A DNA stretch of 64,000 bases from Camelus dromedarius (lineage: Eukaryota): the NCBI RefSeq assembly GCF_036321535.1, contig NC_087437.1, positions 63,304,001-63,368,000 on the forward strand. Reading direction: 5' to 3'. The notes beneath the pieces are model-generated. The model saw only the letters and a program-made list of their open reading frames with translations. It was not told the origin of the DNA and made no database searches. The first letter of the stretch is position 1; the number at the start of each line of letters is the position of its first letter. This document shows positions 12,466 through 25,924 of the stretch, one piece after another. The position numbers and the translations under genes were made by a program.

Positions 12466-14864
12466 AAGTTAACACCCAAATCTGACTGTGTGACTCTACT
12501 GCTTAAAACTTCTAGTGCCTCCCTATTGCCTTTAAGGTAAAGTTCAAAAGCCTTACCATGGTATACCAGATCTTTTATATTCTGGTCTTGGGCTATCTTT
12601 CCAGCCTTTGGCTCAACCACTCCCGCTTTATCCACTCTAGCCCTCCACAATTACTCACAGTTCCCTGAATTCTCTATGTTCTCTGACACCTCCACACCTT
12701 TGTCTAAAGAATCCCCTTCTTGCTCGTATCAGTACCTGGCACTGTTCTGAGGGCTGGGAATACAGCAATGAACAAACTAGGCTTCCCCAAGTCTCTGTTC
12801 AATATAATCACTATTTTAGAAATATTTTCTGACTACCATCTATTGCCTTCAGATGAGTTAGATGCCTCATCTAGGCGTTTCTGTTCTCCTATATAGAGTG
12901 CAGAGTTCTTGACACTTATCGCACCCAATTTTAATCACTGATTTTCCTATCAGTTTCTTCCACTAGCCTCTGAGCTCCTGAAGGCAGGATGTGTGACTCA
13001 TTTATTTCTGTCTCCCAGTCCTCAGTGCTATTCCTGACAGATAACATTTTACTGGATTAATTATTGCTCAGGATCACATAATTAGTCAAAGATAGGCCCA
13101 GGACCAGAATCTTGGTCTCCTGTCTCATAGCCACCAGTGCTTCTTCACCGGAGCTTGATCCTCCCTCTGGGACCTATGAGGAACAGCAGCCCTGTGTTTT
13201 GTTTTGGAAAAGCCAAGTGCAGTATTAAACATCATCAGGAATGGTAGCAGACACAGGAGAGAAACGTAGCCCTGATCTTTTGTTGAAAACTGTGGTGCAT
13301 TCACCCCTCAGAGCCCTTGTATATGTTGAATCCCTGGATCATAGGGATGCTGTGATGAAATCAGAAGTAGGGAGGACAAGTACAAGGATGAAGTGATGTG
13401 GGGATATTCTAACCCTTCACTGAAGAAATGAATACTTTCATACACTTTAGAATGACAAGGTTAAGGTAGCCCTAGGTTTGTATACCAGGTCCCCAAAATA
13501 GGGGATGTGTTGTATATCTTAGGGAGCACAATTAACACAGCAATCTGTCAGTGGTATCCCTGGGCTTGTGGATCATGATATGAACATGGGGGAAATCTTT
13601 GAAATAAGAACATGACTAAGTTAACATAAGTCAAAAGAGGTAACTTCACTTTTTAAATAACAAACATATGGAACTCATAAATGTCAAGAGGTGGTACTAG
13701 CATGATATATAAGCAATTTGGAGAAATTTGCTAATAACAGAGCCAAAAAGTACTACTCAAAAAAAGGACAAGGTCAGGTAGGACTGCTTTTAGCAATATT
13801 GCTGTTGGCATCCAAATGCTGGGTTAACTTGATCCAGGTGTTGGCCCCCGGATAGAAAAAGATCCAGACTTCTGTGAAATAAAGTTGGAGAGGCAAACTA
13901 ATATGAATAAGATAAATTGTGGAGCACTTGAAAGTCACACAGGGCATCATTTTGATGAGAAAAGAAATGAAAATCCACTAAAGGCTTTTCAGAGTGATGT
14001 AACAACGTGAGTGGTTAGGACCTTTTTTCTGGAAAAACTAAGCCTCAATTTCCTGGCATTGGAAAAATGATTATAATAGTAGAACCTACCTACCCACAGA
14101 TTGCTGTAGGTATTAAATGAGATAAGGAATGTGCATTGGCTTTTAAGCCTGTTTTATGCTGGGCACCCCTTCCATTCTTTGCAACTGTATGGAATATGGT
14201 TAAAGAGACAATAATTATATTTTCCAGACAAAAAAATTAGGACATACTCTGACAGATAATTTTTGTTCCACTTCAAGGCGCTAAAAGTGTACTTCTTATG
14301 AGGCAAATTGGAATATCCAGGATAATTCATTGACTTATGGAGAAAGTCAGACATAATGTTAGAAACTAGCATTGTCCTAGAGAAAATCCATGGTGTGTAA
14401 CTGCCTTATTCAGAGACAGGCAGGATGGTATAGTGTAGAAGGAGCAATGAAGGAGACCCGAGTTCTTGACTCAGCTCCAACACAAACTGTTGTGCCAGTC
14501 ACGTCTCCTCTTTGTACATCAGTTCTCTCATTTGTAAATTGAAGACATTGAACTATATTGGAAGTCAAATTAAGCCCCTTCCTTTTTTGGAAAAAGATGT
14601 TCCTTTTTATTTTCCAGGCAAATCTTTTCAAAGTCCATGAGGACTAAAGTGGGGATATGAAAAAGAAGGATGAATAAAAAATGGCCATGATATATCAGAC
14701 TAATGCAATTGAGAGAGTAAAAGAAGTTCATCTTGGATGTTTTTATGGGAAAGGGGAACTCCAGAGTAGGTAGCTGGTGGATATGACATAGTATGGTTGA
14801 AAGTTTACAATTGGAGATTCAGGAGTCATCAGCATAGAGCTCTCGTTAAAGCCACAAAAAAGGC

Positions 14865-16490
14865 CTCTACTTCCAGCAGAATACAGCAGCTTGCAGCAGC
14901 TCAAGCCTCCCACTGCAATGAATTTTAAAATCTAGAAAAATTATTTTTAAAGCTATTGTAAGTACACCAGAGAGCTTCAGAAGTGATGAATACTAGATTA
15001 ATTACAATTCCAGGAGGGTGCTGAGCCCTTCCAAGATGAGCTGAAGGTCATAAGTCATTTTCTTTACCAACTTTGGATGTGGACTCAGGATTGTGCTTGG
15101 CCCTTGCAGACAGATTTTACTGGAGGAAAGAGAAACCAACAAGGCTTTTGGCAGTCAAACAGCACTGGCATGACAGATTAGAAATTTGAGGCACCCCAAC
15201 ACACTTTAGTTTTTACATAACATCTGACATACAATTTAAAAAATCCTAGACAGGCAAAGAAGCAGGAAAATGTGTCTAGTAATCCAGAGGGAAAATAGGA
15301 GATCCACAGGTAGATTCAACCACTGGAGTTATCAGACATTGACTAAAATAACCTGAAATGATATGTCCAGGAAAATCAAGGGAAAGATGCATAAATGGAG
15401 AATTTGAACACAGATGTATAAAAATACCAGATATTCTAGAACTCAAAATATAATATCTGAAATAAAGCATTCACTGAATGGATTTAACAGCAGCCTGGAT
15501 AGCAGAAGACATGGTTAGTAAACTCAAAGGTCTACAGAAAATATCCAAACTGAATCACAGATGGAAAAAAATGGAAAAAACAGAGTATATGACTTGAAAT
15601 AGATATAATTAGAGTCCCAGAAGGTAAGAGCACAGTGAGCACTTGGAGAGGTAATGCTCAAGGACCTTTCAAAACTGATAAAAGATATCAACTCATAGAT
15701 TCACAGATCCAAGAAGCTCAGCAAACTCCAACCAGGAACACCTGGGCAAATCAATCAAACTACTGAAAATCAAAGATAAAGAGAAAATCATAAAAACAGC
15801 CAGAGGAGAAAGGCACATTGCCTCCAAAGGAGCAACATAAAGACATCTAGCTTATTTTTAACAAAGTATGGAGATCAAGAGATAATGAGATTACATACTT
15901 AAAATGCTGAAAGGAAAAGTTGCTAACCTAGAAATTCTATACTCAGTGAATGTCCTTTAAAAAAAGGAAGGCATTTAGTAGACAAAATTATCAGAGTGTA
16001 TTTTTAAGCTGTTTACAAAAGACACCAAACAACTTAATGGAAAAGTTTAGGAAAAAGTGTATAATCTTGCAAAAATTAAAAAAAAAATACTGGCAGACAA
16101 AGTTGACTTTAAGACAAATAAAACATAAAGTGAGGTATTTCATAATGATAAAGGTTAAATTCAGTAGGAGGTTTTAAAAAACCCTTAATATTTATGCATC
16201 TAATAATGGGGATTGAAAATTTATCAAGCAAAAACTGATGGAACTGAAAGAAGAAATAGACAAAACCATCTCATAGATGGGAGATTTTAAACACACTTCT
16301 CTCAGTTACTGATAGAATAAGCAGGCAAAAAAAGGTAAATAAGGATACAGAATATTTGAACTCCTTGATTAAACCTCTTGACATATATAGAATGTTACAC
16401 CCAACAACTGTGGAGCAAACATTCTTTTCTGGTGCACATGGAACATTTACCAAAATTCTTAAAAACAAATTATTTGAGAAAAAAAAAAGT
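14865..16490 (+). mobile_element. Degraded old L1 (ORF1 and endonuclease region)
   Basis: A-rich, with ORF1-like gatccaagaagctcagcaaactccaaccagg and EN-like acattcttttctggtgcacatggaacatttaccaaaat. Confidence 0.8.
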
Positions 16491-19400
16491 ATAGACTAGA
16501 AAACACAAACATTCAGGGACTGAGCCTTAGGCAATACCTCTAAAAAGTGATAGCGGAGACAAAGGTGAGCAACAGAAACGAACAAGGAAGAGCACAGAGG
16601 TGGGACAAGAAAGACACCGTACAACCGCTATCCAGTGGAGCGAGGCGGTTCATCAGAGAGGGGTCAGCTTCTCAAACGCAATACAGAAGCCCAGAAGAAT
16701 AAGTGCTGTGGGGGAAACCACTAGATTTAGCAGTCAGGGAGACACTGGTGATATTTATACCTGTGAAGGCAGTTTCAAAACCATAATAATCAGGGTGGAA
16801 GCCTTATAAGAAGGATTAAAGGAGCAGGGGTCATGGAGAGGAAAAGGAATCAGCCCGTAACACACTTGGGAAGTCTGACAGTGAAAAGGAGAATTAGACC
16901 ATTGGGAGAGAGAGTAAAGTACAAATAAACAAAAATTTTTTTCCAAAGAGAAGGCCAGACAGTGCCTATTTGATACAAGAGAAGGTGCCAGGGAGGTGGC
17001 AAAGATGAAACTTTCTAGAGGGTGTAGAAGGTCAAATGCTGGTTCCTCGGGCCTTGGACAAGGCAAGAGCTCAGAGCTCAAGCAGTAGAGGGGAAAATAT
17101 GAGGTCAAAGAGGTAGACTGAAGTGGCAGAGGAAGGCATGTGAATTCATTCTGACACCCTTCATCTCACTCAGGTAGGAAATTCCTCTACTGAGAGTGAG
17201 GACAGCACTCAAGTGGGATGCAGGCTTGAGGGGAAAGTTATTCACTGGAGATTAAATAAGAAATAGAAATGTGTTCCTGGGGGATGGCATAGATCAGTGC
17301 AGAAGCAGGCGTGAAGGAGCTAGAGAGTAGAAGCAATGCAAGGCTGGATGGAGTATGCTGCACTGAATGATGCTGTAAAGATTACTTTTGTGATGTTATT
17401 GTTTTATAAAATAATAGAATGAGGCCTGAAGAACAACCTGGGTCCAAATGTGATTGCCAATTAGATTAAGCCTAACTTGATAGAAGGCCAGTTTTCTCAT
17501 TCTTTCAAACTCTCAGCTGATCTCAATCTTGGAATCACATGACCAACTTAAAATTTGTTCACGCTTTGTTGTAAGTGCCAGAAATCTTAAAGAACCCCCT
17601 CCCTCTACCAACCCCAGAAAGCAACTTCAGTCCTCAACAGGGAATCACAGCTCCTACTCATGAACCTCATACACATAAACAAAGTTACACTGCCTTATCT
17701 TGCTGCCTCAGTAAGGGAGTTGCTGCCAGTATTAGTGAGATGTTGCTGTTTCATTCTCTTGGCTTCTGTTTTCTTTAGAAAGTACCATATGCCTTCAGCC
17801 TGTGCGACACTCTGTGAACTCTATTTCTCTGCAATCAAAAAAGTGTATCTGCTTTTCTCATTGGTCTCAAACTTCCTGCTGGCTTCTAATCAATACTTTA
17901 TTTAAGTAATTTAAATTAGAAGCTACTTTTTCCTTAACAACCAGTATTTTTACAGTTTACTTTCTAATTACATTCTTTTAAAATTACAGAAATTATTATA
18001 TATATATAAATTATATGAATCTCAGATTTTACTGGAAATTGATTTCGGTACTCAGCAGAATCTCTTCTATAACACATTATCCTAAAACACTGAAACAAAC
18101 AAAACTTACAAGTTTTTCAACAGAAGTATTTGGATTTCGACTTTACAGCAAAGCTTCCCACCTCTTTTCATGTCCTGACACACAGAAATATTTGTAAAGA
18201 TTTGTAAAGCACATCAGGCACACTGTAGGGTTTGGGGAGGTCTATATGGAGCTTATGAAAACTTCAGTATAGTTTTATCACATAATTGCAATAAAAAGTT
18301 AAATACAGAGTGAGAGTGAAGATAGTAAATTTTACTTTGAATAAAACTTTCAAAATAATTTTTTTAACTTTTCAAAGAGAAATAAAGCTCACTTTCTGAT
18401 CATTATTTTGCTTTATATCATGCAGGTCCTGATCAAAAATTTTTAATGCTGTTCTCTTCAAATTCTTATAGTTACCATCAGTGAGAAAGTTTGCCTCGCA
18501 GATGGGTCTCAGCAAATGTCAAAATGGTATTAATTAATTTTTCTCCAATTGACAGAAACTCTTTTCTCATTATTAACCAGGATTTGAATAATTTCATTTC
18601 TTCATCTTTGGTTGAAATTCTTATGATAATGTGAATGGATTTCTAAGGCACTTGAACTTTTTCATATCATGTATTTCCAAAGAACGTGACACCTAACAGA
18701 TGTTTTTCTACTAGTCTTACTTAGGGTTGAAGTTAGAATATTAGTTAAACTGCCCCACTGAACTACTTCTAACCTCACATTTCCTTTGAATCTATGAGCA
18801 TTGTTGGTATACTTTATTATATTCTCACACATTCATTGTGATTTTGATTGGATTCATTCTGGTGCTTGAAAATGTTAAGTAAGCCAAATTTCTGAAGACA
18901 GTAAACTCTCCTCAACAACTGCAATGAGGATCATTGACATTTTTCAATTCCTCTTTTTGCTCCTAACCTTCAGGGGAGAAAAAAGCTTTTTCTTTGATAG
19001 GTGACTTAGTAGGAAACAGCAGACTGTCTCTTCACGTAAAGCTGAAACCAGACGGAACTATAGCAGCCTGGATTTTATTAGTAACATCCTTTAATATGGA
19101 ATTCACATCTACAGGCAAGAGCTCTATGTGAACAAAGCAATGTCTTATTGCATCGCAGGTGTTCAGAACATGGAGAACAGATATGATGTAAAGCCTTCCC
19201 ACCTTCCTGTCATCACAGCTTTCCCACCAGTACAGAAACCGCTGTGCTTGCATAATCCAGAAAATCTTGTTTGTTTTAAAGTATTTGGTTACTACCCCAA
19301 ATACCTCTTCCTGAGTAGTTTGTTTTGGTACTTTCTGGCAAATCAATATTCCGCCAAGCCTTCCTCTCCAGGGATTCTATCTAGTGCTATAACTGAATAC

Positions 19401-19704
19401 TGTTATTAGCATCTGTAGATTCAGTGCCCTGCAAGGAAACACTTTGATTAATTGGTCTTGTGGAGACTGTCAACAATGAATCTTCTAATAGTAATTTTCC
19501 ATTTTTATATTTTCCTTGTTTCATTTTGTCCCAAACTTGGTCATTTCCCAGGGAGGTTGATAAAATGAGTGATTCTGTAATTGTAGCAGACATTTTGGCC
19601 TTAATTCTCAATTATGTCACCTTTTAATTAGTCTCTTGAACCCAATCTGACAAACTATTATTGTAGTTGAAAATACTGTTATTAAGCAATTTCATTTAAA
19701 AAAA

Positions 19705-20204
19705 AGTAGTTTTCAAAGTGTGGTTTCAGGGACTTCTAAGGATCCTTGAGAATTGGGGGAGTAAAAATCCATGAAGTTAAAACTATTTTTGTAATAATAC
19801 TGAGACACTATATGTCTTTCTCACTCCTCTTCTTATGAGTATACAGTGGAGTGTTTGAGAAACTACATCATGTGTGATATCACAACAGATTGAATGCAAA
19901 GCAGATCTGAGAATCTAGGTACCTTCTATTAAATAAGACATTAAAAGATCTGCAAAAAATGTAAAACAATGCCATGCTTGTCATTAAGGATTTTTTTAAT
20001 CTCTGGAAACTATAGTTTTTTTTTAATAAAAATTTGTTACCTATATTAACATACAAAGGATTTACTTTTATTTTAAAATAAAAACATTTAATTTCTAAAA
20101 TAAATATTGCTAGATATAACCAACATTAACAAAAGCTCTTTCGGGTCCTCAAGAACCTTTAGGAATTTACAGGGGCACTGAGATCAAACCTTAAAGAATT
20201 ACTC
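19705..20204 (+). mobile_element. Non-autonomous hAT-Charlie element (Charlie4a/MER119-like) nested in the transposase fossil
   Basis: Starts agtagttttcaaagtgtgg and ends ttaaagaattactc (degenerate cagtggttctcaa TIRs). Internal acaacagattgaatgcaaagcagat is typical of this group. Confidence 0.75.
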
Positions 20205-20525
20205 TCTTAAGAGAGTATCTGTATAATACAGATATCTTCTATTAAGGCGCTGGCATAATTTACCTGGCACCGCTTTTTTCATTTGATAACTTTTCCATGA
20301 AAATAAGACATTTAGGCAGATATTTAGGTAAAGAAAATTATCAGGGCAAACAAATCCAAATTTGAAATACTTCTCACTATATTACCTAATAAGTGACTTA
20401 AATTTATATTTTTTGGCTACTGTATATGTCTGTGAATATCTAAACAGTATTAAACTATAATTAAATATTAATATTTAATTTAAAATTGTACTTTATAGTT
20501 GGAAAAGAAATCATACTTAAGGAGA

Positions 20526-20648
20526 AGGGAGGGTATAGCTCAGTGGTAGAATGCATGCTTAGCACACATGAGGTCCTGGGTTCAATCCCCAGTATTGCTG
20601 CTTAAAAAATGTATAAACCTAAATAGCTCCCCCAACCAAAAAATAAAA
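20526..20648 (+). mobile_element. Vic-1-type camelid tRNA-Ala-derived SINE
   Basis: gggagggtatagctcagtggtaga (A box) and gggttcaatcccc (B box), followed by an A-rich tail with taaacctaa..ccccc. Direct repeat ttaaggaga at 20517-20525 and 20652-20660. Confidence 0.88.
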
Positions 20649-21121
20649 CATTTAAGGAGATTATAGGCCTTTATTACTACAACAAGTCAATTTTCAAAGA
20701 AAATAAGGTTGTCCATTTTCTTAAGAATATTTTTAAATAAATCACAAAACTTTTGAAAAATTAAGCTTTTTGATAAGGGGAAATTCTAGAAATGTTACCA
20801 GTTAATTTAACAATTAAAATGCTAAATTTTCCACAAAATATAAATATTATTTATACTCAAGTATAGTTAAAATATTTTGAAAAATATTTTTATAAGCTAT
20901 TAAAGGCTTACAGTCCTTTTACTGAACCAATTAAATTATTTTCCACTATTATTTGCTTTTAGAAGCAAACATATTTTTTATTTCTTTAAACAAATAATGT
21001 CATAAAATTCCATTAAGAATAAGATTTTGGATATTACATCAAATGCCAAAAATAAATAAATGTATAAATCAAGTCAATTTTTTTAAATGGACAAAGTCAA
21101 TTATGTTTTATTAATGGCAAC

Positions 21122-21153
21122 TGATGATGATGATGATGATGATGATAATGATG
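21122..21153. repeat. (TGA)n trinucleotide repeat
   Basis: Directly visible, with one TAA interruption. Confidence 0.95.
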
Positions 21154-22500
21154 AAAATATATGCCTTCTTTTTAGGGAGGAAATAATTTTAAAAATAAGA
21201 GCAAATTGAGTCAAAGGAAGAAAGTATTTGAAACACATATGCACAAAAGATTGTCACTGACAATAAATACATTGTGATTAAAACAATAATCATACTTATA
21301 GAGATGGGTTTAACATGTGGTTAAAGGGGGAATTTCTATACTAGCATCTCTTGGCAGGTGCTCTGCACAAAACCTTAAGCACAAAAACAATAATTACAGA
21401 AATCTGGAAGTTTACCGACTGAGTAAAACAGTATCCAAATATAATTTCAACTGTTATTAACTTGTGAATGGTTGTAAATTTTGTATCACTATGAAAAGTT
21501 TACAATCATCAATCTCCCTCGAGGCACACCTGTAGCCCATTCTGCCATGATCACTTGCGAGCAGCTCAGCTTTAGAGATCTATAAAAGGCAAAATGGGAT
21601 GAAATGGTAAAATGTGTACTACAGATAATATTTGGTGATACTCAAGTTTTGCAGGAAGGCCTATGGCATAGAATGGACTCAAGATGAAACTTGAGGTGGG
21701 GGGTGTGCAGGGTTTGAATAGATGGAGAGGAAGAGGGAGGGAGGGCACCTCAAGTAAGCCAGACAGACTTAGCAACATACTGAGGGAAAGAAAACAGCAG
21801 GACAGAGCACTGCTAACAATGAATGACAAAGTGTTAGGCTTTGAATGTATAATTTCCTGGAAAGTGGCCAGAGTAGACTATGTTTTAGAAATCTGTGTTG
21901 GTAAATACTAGTAAAATTATATGGATAAATCATGGGGAACCTTGAAAGTCAGTTTATGATGATCATTTTGCGAGCAGGGCTCTCTGACCTATTCACAGCA
22001 GTACAGAAGAGAGATCTGGACACACTGGGCAGAAGAGACCAGAGAAAGACCCGAGACAGCGAGGAGAGCAACTAGGAGGCTGCACAAATAGGTGATGAGG
22101 GGCTGAACCAGAGTGAAAGAAGTGGAAGTAGAGAGGAAGGGATGAGTTGGAGACACATGGCAAAAGAAATATCAATGGGATTGAGCGGCAGATTCAACAG
22201 ATTAAAAAGACTAGATGGCTCCAGGGCTTTGAGGCAAAATGACTCAGAAAATGGTGGCATTATGCTGAGAAACAAATCTGGAGAGGAGACTTGGTTGGAA
22301 GATGGAGAATGAGTTTTAGTGGAGATGTGCCGGAGCCATTAGAGGATGTGAGCGCTCCGAGAATACAGAATGCTCGAGGCTGAGCTTTGGGAAGATTACT
22401 AGTCTTGCTTAGCAGGAGGAAGGGGGAATAAGAGTTATGGACACAGTGCTGAGGAAAATAGAAAAACAAGAATGGTGCATGTCATCAAAAGAAGAGAAAG

Positions 22501-22776
22501 CCTTTCTCTTTATGGCTCACTTTACATAGTTTGATAATCTCTAGTTCCATCCATGTTGCTGCAAATGACGTTATTTCATTCTTTCTTATGGCTGAGGAGT
22601 ATTCCATTGTGTGTGTATACACCATATCTTTATCTAATCGTCTGTCAGTGGACATTTAGGTTGCTTCCATGCCTTGGCTATTGTAAATACTGCTGCTGTG
22701 AACATTGGGGTGCATGTATCTTTTCAAGTTACAGTTTTCTCTGGAAATATGCCCAGATGTGGGATTGCTGGATCGT
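22501..22776 (-). mobile_element. Internal L1 3'-region fragment inside L2
   Basis: ccatccatgttgctgcaaatg...tatggctgag..gtattccattgtg...ggattgctggatcgta. Confidence 0.85.
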
Positions 22777-23399
22777 AACAAATCAAACAAACAAACAAAC
22801 AAAGCCTCAAGAAAGAAAGGACAATCAAGTTTAACAGGCCATTTCTGGCCTTAGACTCTGTATGTTCAAATCCTGCCTGTCACTTATTAGTTACATGTCA
22901 TTTCAAAGGTTTTATCCTCTTTCTTAGTTTCATCATCTGTAAAATGGTGATAATAAAACTTACCTCAGGGATATTTTGTGGATTAAGTGAAAAAATGCAT
23001 ACAGAATACTTAGCACAGTATCTGGTGCAGATAAGAAGTTAATAGATGTAACTGATGACTTTTAAGGGGCCAAAGGAATGATGAGCAGAAAAAGTGGCAA
23101 GAGGTTAAAGAAGGACTGAGCATTGAGAAAAGACACTGTGTATGAAGAACTTACTAGAGATTCTTTGCCCAAAAATGAAGAGAGATCACAGAATAGTGAC
23201 GTGATCTCCTCACTGAGGCAATGAGGTGAAGGCTTTGCTTAGGTTTGCTCTGTACGAACAAAGGGTTATTGTTATTGTTGTCCTAGAAACCTATTTAATT
23301 AGAGCTGGGCCATCTTTCCATTTACATGAGGCCACTTGAGCCTTCAATAGAAATCAAACAATTGTACAACTAAAAGGTCCTGTCAAAATTTTTGCAGTC

Positions 23400-24015
23400 A
23401 GTAAAATGGTGCAGCCTCTGTGGAAAACAACAGTATGGTGGTTTCTCAAAAAATTAAAATTAGAATTGCTATCTGATCCAGAAACCCCACTTCTAGGCAT
23501 ATACCCAAAAGCACTGAAAGCAGGGACTGGGAACAGATATTTGTACACCCATGTTCATAGCAGCATTATTCACAATAGCCAAAAAGTGGAAACAACTCAA
23601 ATGTTCACCAAAAGATGAATGTATAAACAAAGTGTGGTCTATGCATACAATGGAATATTATTCAGCCTTAAAAAGAAAATAAATTATGACCCATACTGCA
23701 ACATGGATGAACCTTGAGGATATTATGCTAAATGAAAAAAAACAGACTCAAAAGGACAAATATTGTCTGATTTCACTTATATGAGGTACCTAGAATAATC
23801 ACATTCATGGAGACAGAGGACAGAATGGTGGTTTCCAGGCTGGGGAGAGGTGAATGGGAGTTTTTGTTTAATGGGTGCAGTTTCAATTTGGGAGGATGAA
23901 AAAGTTCTGAGATGGATGGTGGTGACAGTTGCACAACAATGTGAAAGTTAATACCACTGAACTTAAAAATAGTTAAAGTGGTCAATTTTATGTTATGTAT
24001 ATGATATGAATAAAA
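23400..24015 (+). mobile_element. L1 3' end (L1MA/MB-like)
   Basis: gtaaaatggtgcagcctctgtggaaaac...catggatgaaccttgagga...gttctgagatggatggtggtga. Confidence 0.85.
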
Positions 24016-25924
24016 TAAGTCACTGCCCTTTGCTAGATAAAATGAAAAGTTATCAGAAACAACTTGTAGCAGTAACTCTTTTTAAATAATGAAATACATC
24101 ATGCATACAAATAAAATGCATAGTGTATATTTAGGCATAAAAATAATTAAACAAACATGTAAGCATCCACCATCCAGCTTGAAACATAGAACATTACTAA
24201 TAGCTTTGGGACTCCTGTTCCATCTCCCTGATACCCCTCTTCCTCCCCATCAAGGATAACAGCTGTTCTGAATTAGTATTTATCATCCCTTGTTCTCTTG
24301 TTCTTTCTTACAATATTGTGCCTTATTTACGTGACCTAAATAATATATTGCTTTTTCCACTCAGTATCGTGAGATTTACCCATGTTGGTGTCTGTAGCAT
24401 TCTCATCGAGACCTGCGCTCTCTTCCCAGTAAATTGAGGCTTTTATGACTATGCAGTGACCCTTTTTATTCCTAACAATGCATTTTGCCTTAAAGTCTCT
24501 TCTGTCTGGTATTAACACGTCTTTTGTTTATCTGACTATTTATCCACATATCCTATTACCTTCAGTCTTCTGTGTTCTTGTGTCTTTTCAGATATGCCTA
24601 CAGCTGGATATTTTAAAAATCCAGTCTGCTAATTTCTGTATTTTTAACTGGAACATTTAAGACCTTCTCTTTTTATTGTGATTACTGTTATATACGGACT
24701 CTTCTCTATCTGTTACTTATACACTTTTCCTATGCTTCCCCCCGCCCCTCCCATCTTGCTTTTGGATCAAACAAGTTGTTTTGTGTTGTTTTTCATTCCT
24801 TTTCTCCTTTTTACTGGTTAGTTGGTTTTATTACTTCTGTATTAATTACCTTTGAAATTTTGCTATGCATACTTGACTTTTTACAAAGTCTAAATTTAGT
24901 ATCTTTATATTCATCTTTCTCTAAATAAAAGAACATAAAGTAAAAGATAATGGAGTACCAACAAACTGAGACCATTTAATTTCTTGTCGGGATTTCCCAA
25001 CGAGGCTGATGGTATAAATTTAAAACTTAGATCTATCTTGTGGCTACAAATTCTTGGGAAACTATTTCTCCCCCAACAAGAAGCAGCAAGGAAGACAGAT
25101 CTCTGTGCTGCTTCCCTCTGTCAGTAGGCAGATATTTTCAGTCCCACCGTTTCACACTTAGAGTATGAGGGGTTTCAGGTTTAGTGGGTAAGAGAGTCCT
25201 TCAGTTCAGTTACTTTTTCACTCCTTGCCAGCCCATTTACCTCGAAGCTTCAAATTCCTGGTGTTTACATTGGCCCTCAAGTCAGCCTTAGTTTCTGCAT
25301 TTGCTTTCCACCCTGGTTTCTGCTTCACTCACTTTCTTGTAAGCCCAGCAAAGCAATTTGAAAGGTATGTTTGCTGAGATTTGTCTCGCATCCAGGTATT
25401 TTGAAGATGTAAGGCTTTTCAGACTATCTAATCTCTCTTTTTCTATTAAAAGCAGATGAAGTCTTTCACTCTGTTTATTTGTGCATTGTGTTGTATGCTT
25501 TCTATGGATCTACATGTTTTGCTGCAATTTGTCCTGGAACTTTTTGAGCGAGATATATGTTTTCTCTTTTACAATTAAAGTGGATGAGTACATGCAAATG
25601 TAAAGAGAGATGTTAATCAAGTGGCTGTTTAATGATTATTTTTATTTGGAAATACATAATCTAATGTCAAATAATAGAGGATTCATAGAGTAAATTTTGC
25701 TATGACTCTTACTGAGCCAATAAGAGTTGTGTGATATGGAAGATGATCATGTTATGATGTTAAGTAGATAAGCTGTTTTGTATGACCCCATTTTTATTTG
25801 TAGAAATATATATTTACATTGGAAAAATTGTGGAAGGTGACAACTAATATTTCAGGGTGATATCACTAGGGGTACTTTTGCTTACTTCTTTTTTTTTTCT
25901 TCCTTTTTTTATAACACCACTCAA

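Larger units (their letters stand above)
18149..21569 (-). mobile_element. Fossil autonomous hAT-Charlie DNA transposon with degraded transposase
   Basis: Minus-strand frameshifted peptides in the expected order: YSEKYFKFGF and LPKCLIFMEKLSNE..PGKL (BED-like), LQGTESTD, TTQEEVFGVVTKYF, CTGGKAVMTGR, HCFVH, IKSRLL*FRLVSALREE, LRNPF, WLIMRKEF...ILTFAETHL. Flanked by ctttacag and ctttagag. Confidence 0.85.

Noticed and set aside
18400..20390. Domesticated ZBED/SCAND3-like gene or processed pseudogene
   Set aside because: There are many stops and frameshifts, catalytic Asp residues are mutated, and it has TIR/TSD-like ends with no poly(A). It is a transposon fossil.
20527..20598. tRNA-Ala(AGC)-like gene
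   Set aside because: It has the SINE tail and TSD and a poor acceptor stem, and a second diverged copy is at 25925-26060. It is a Vic-1-type SINE.
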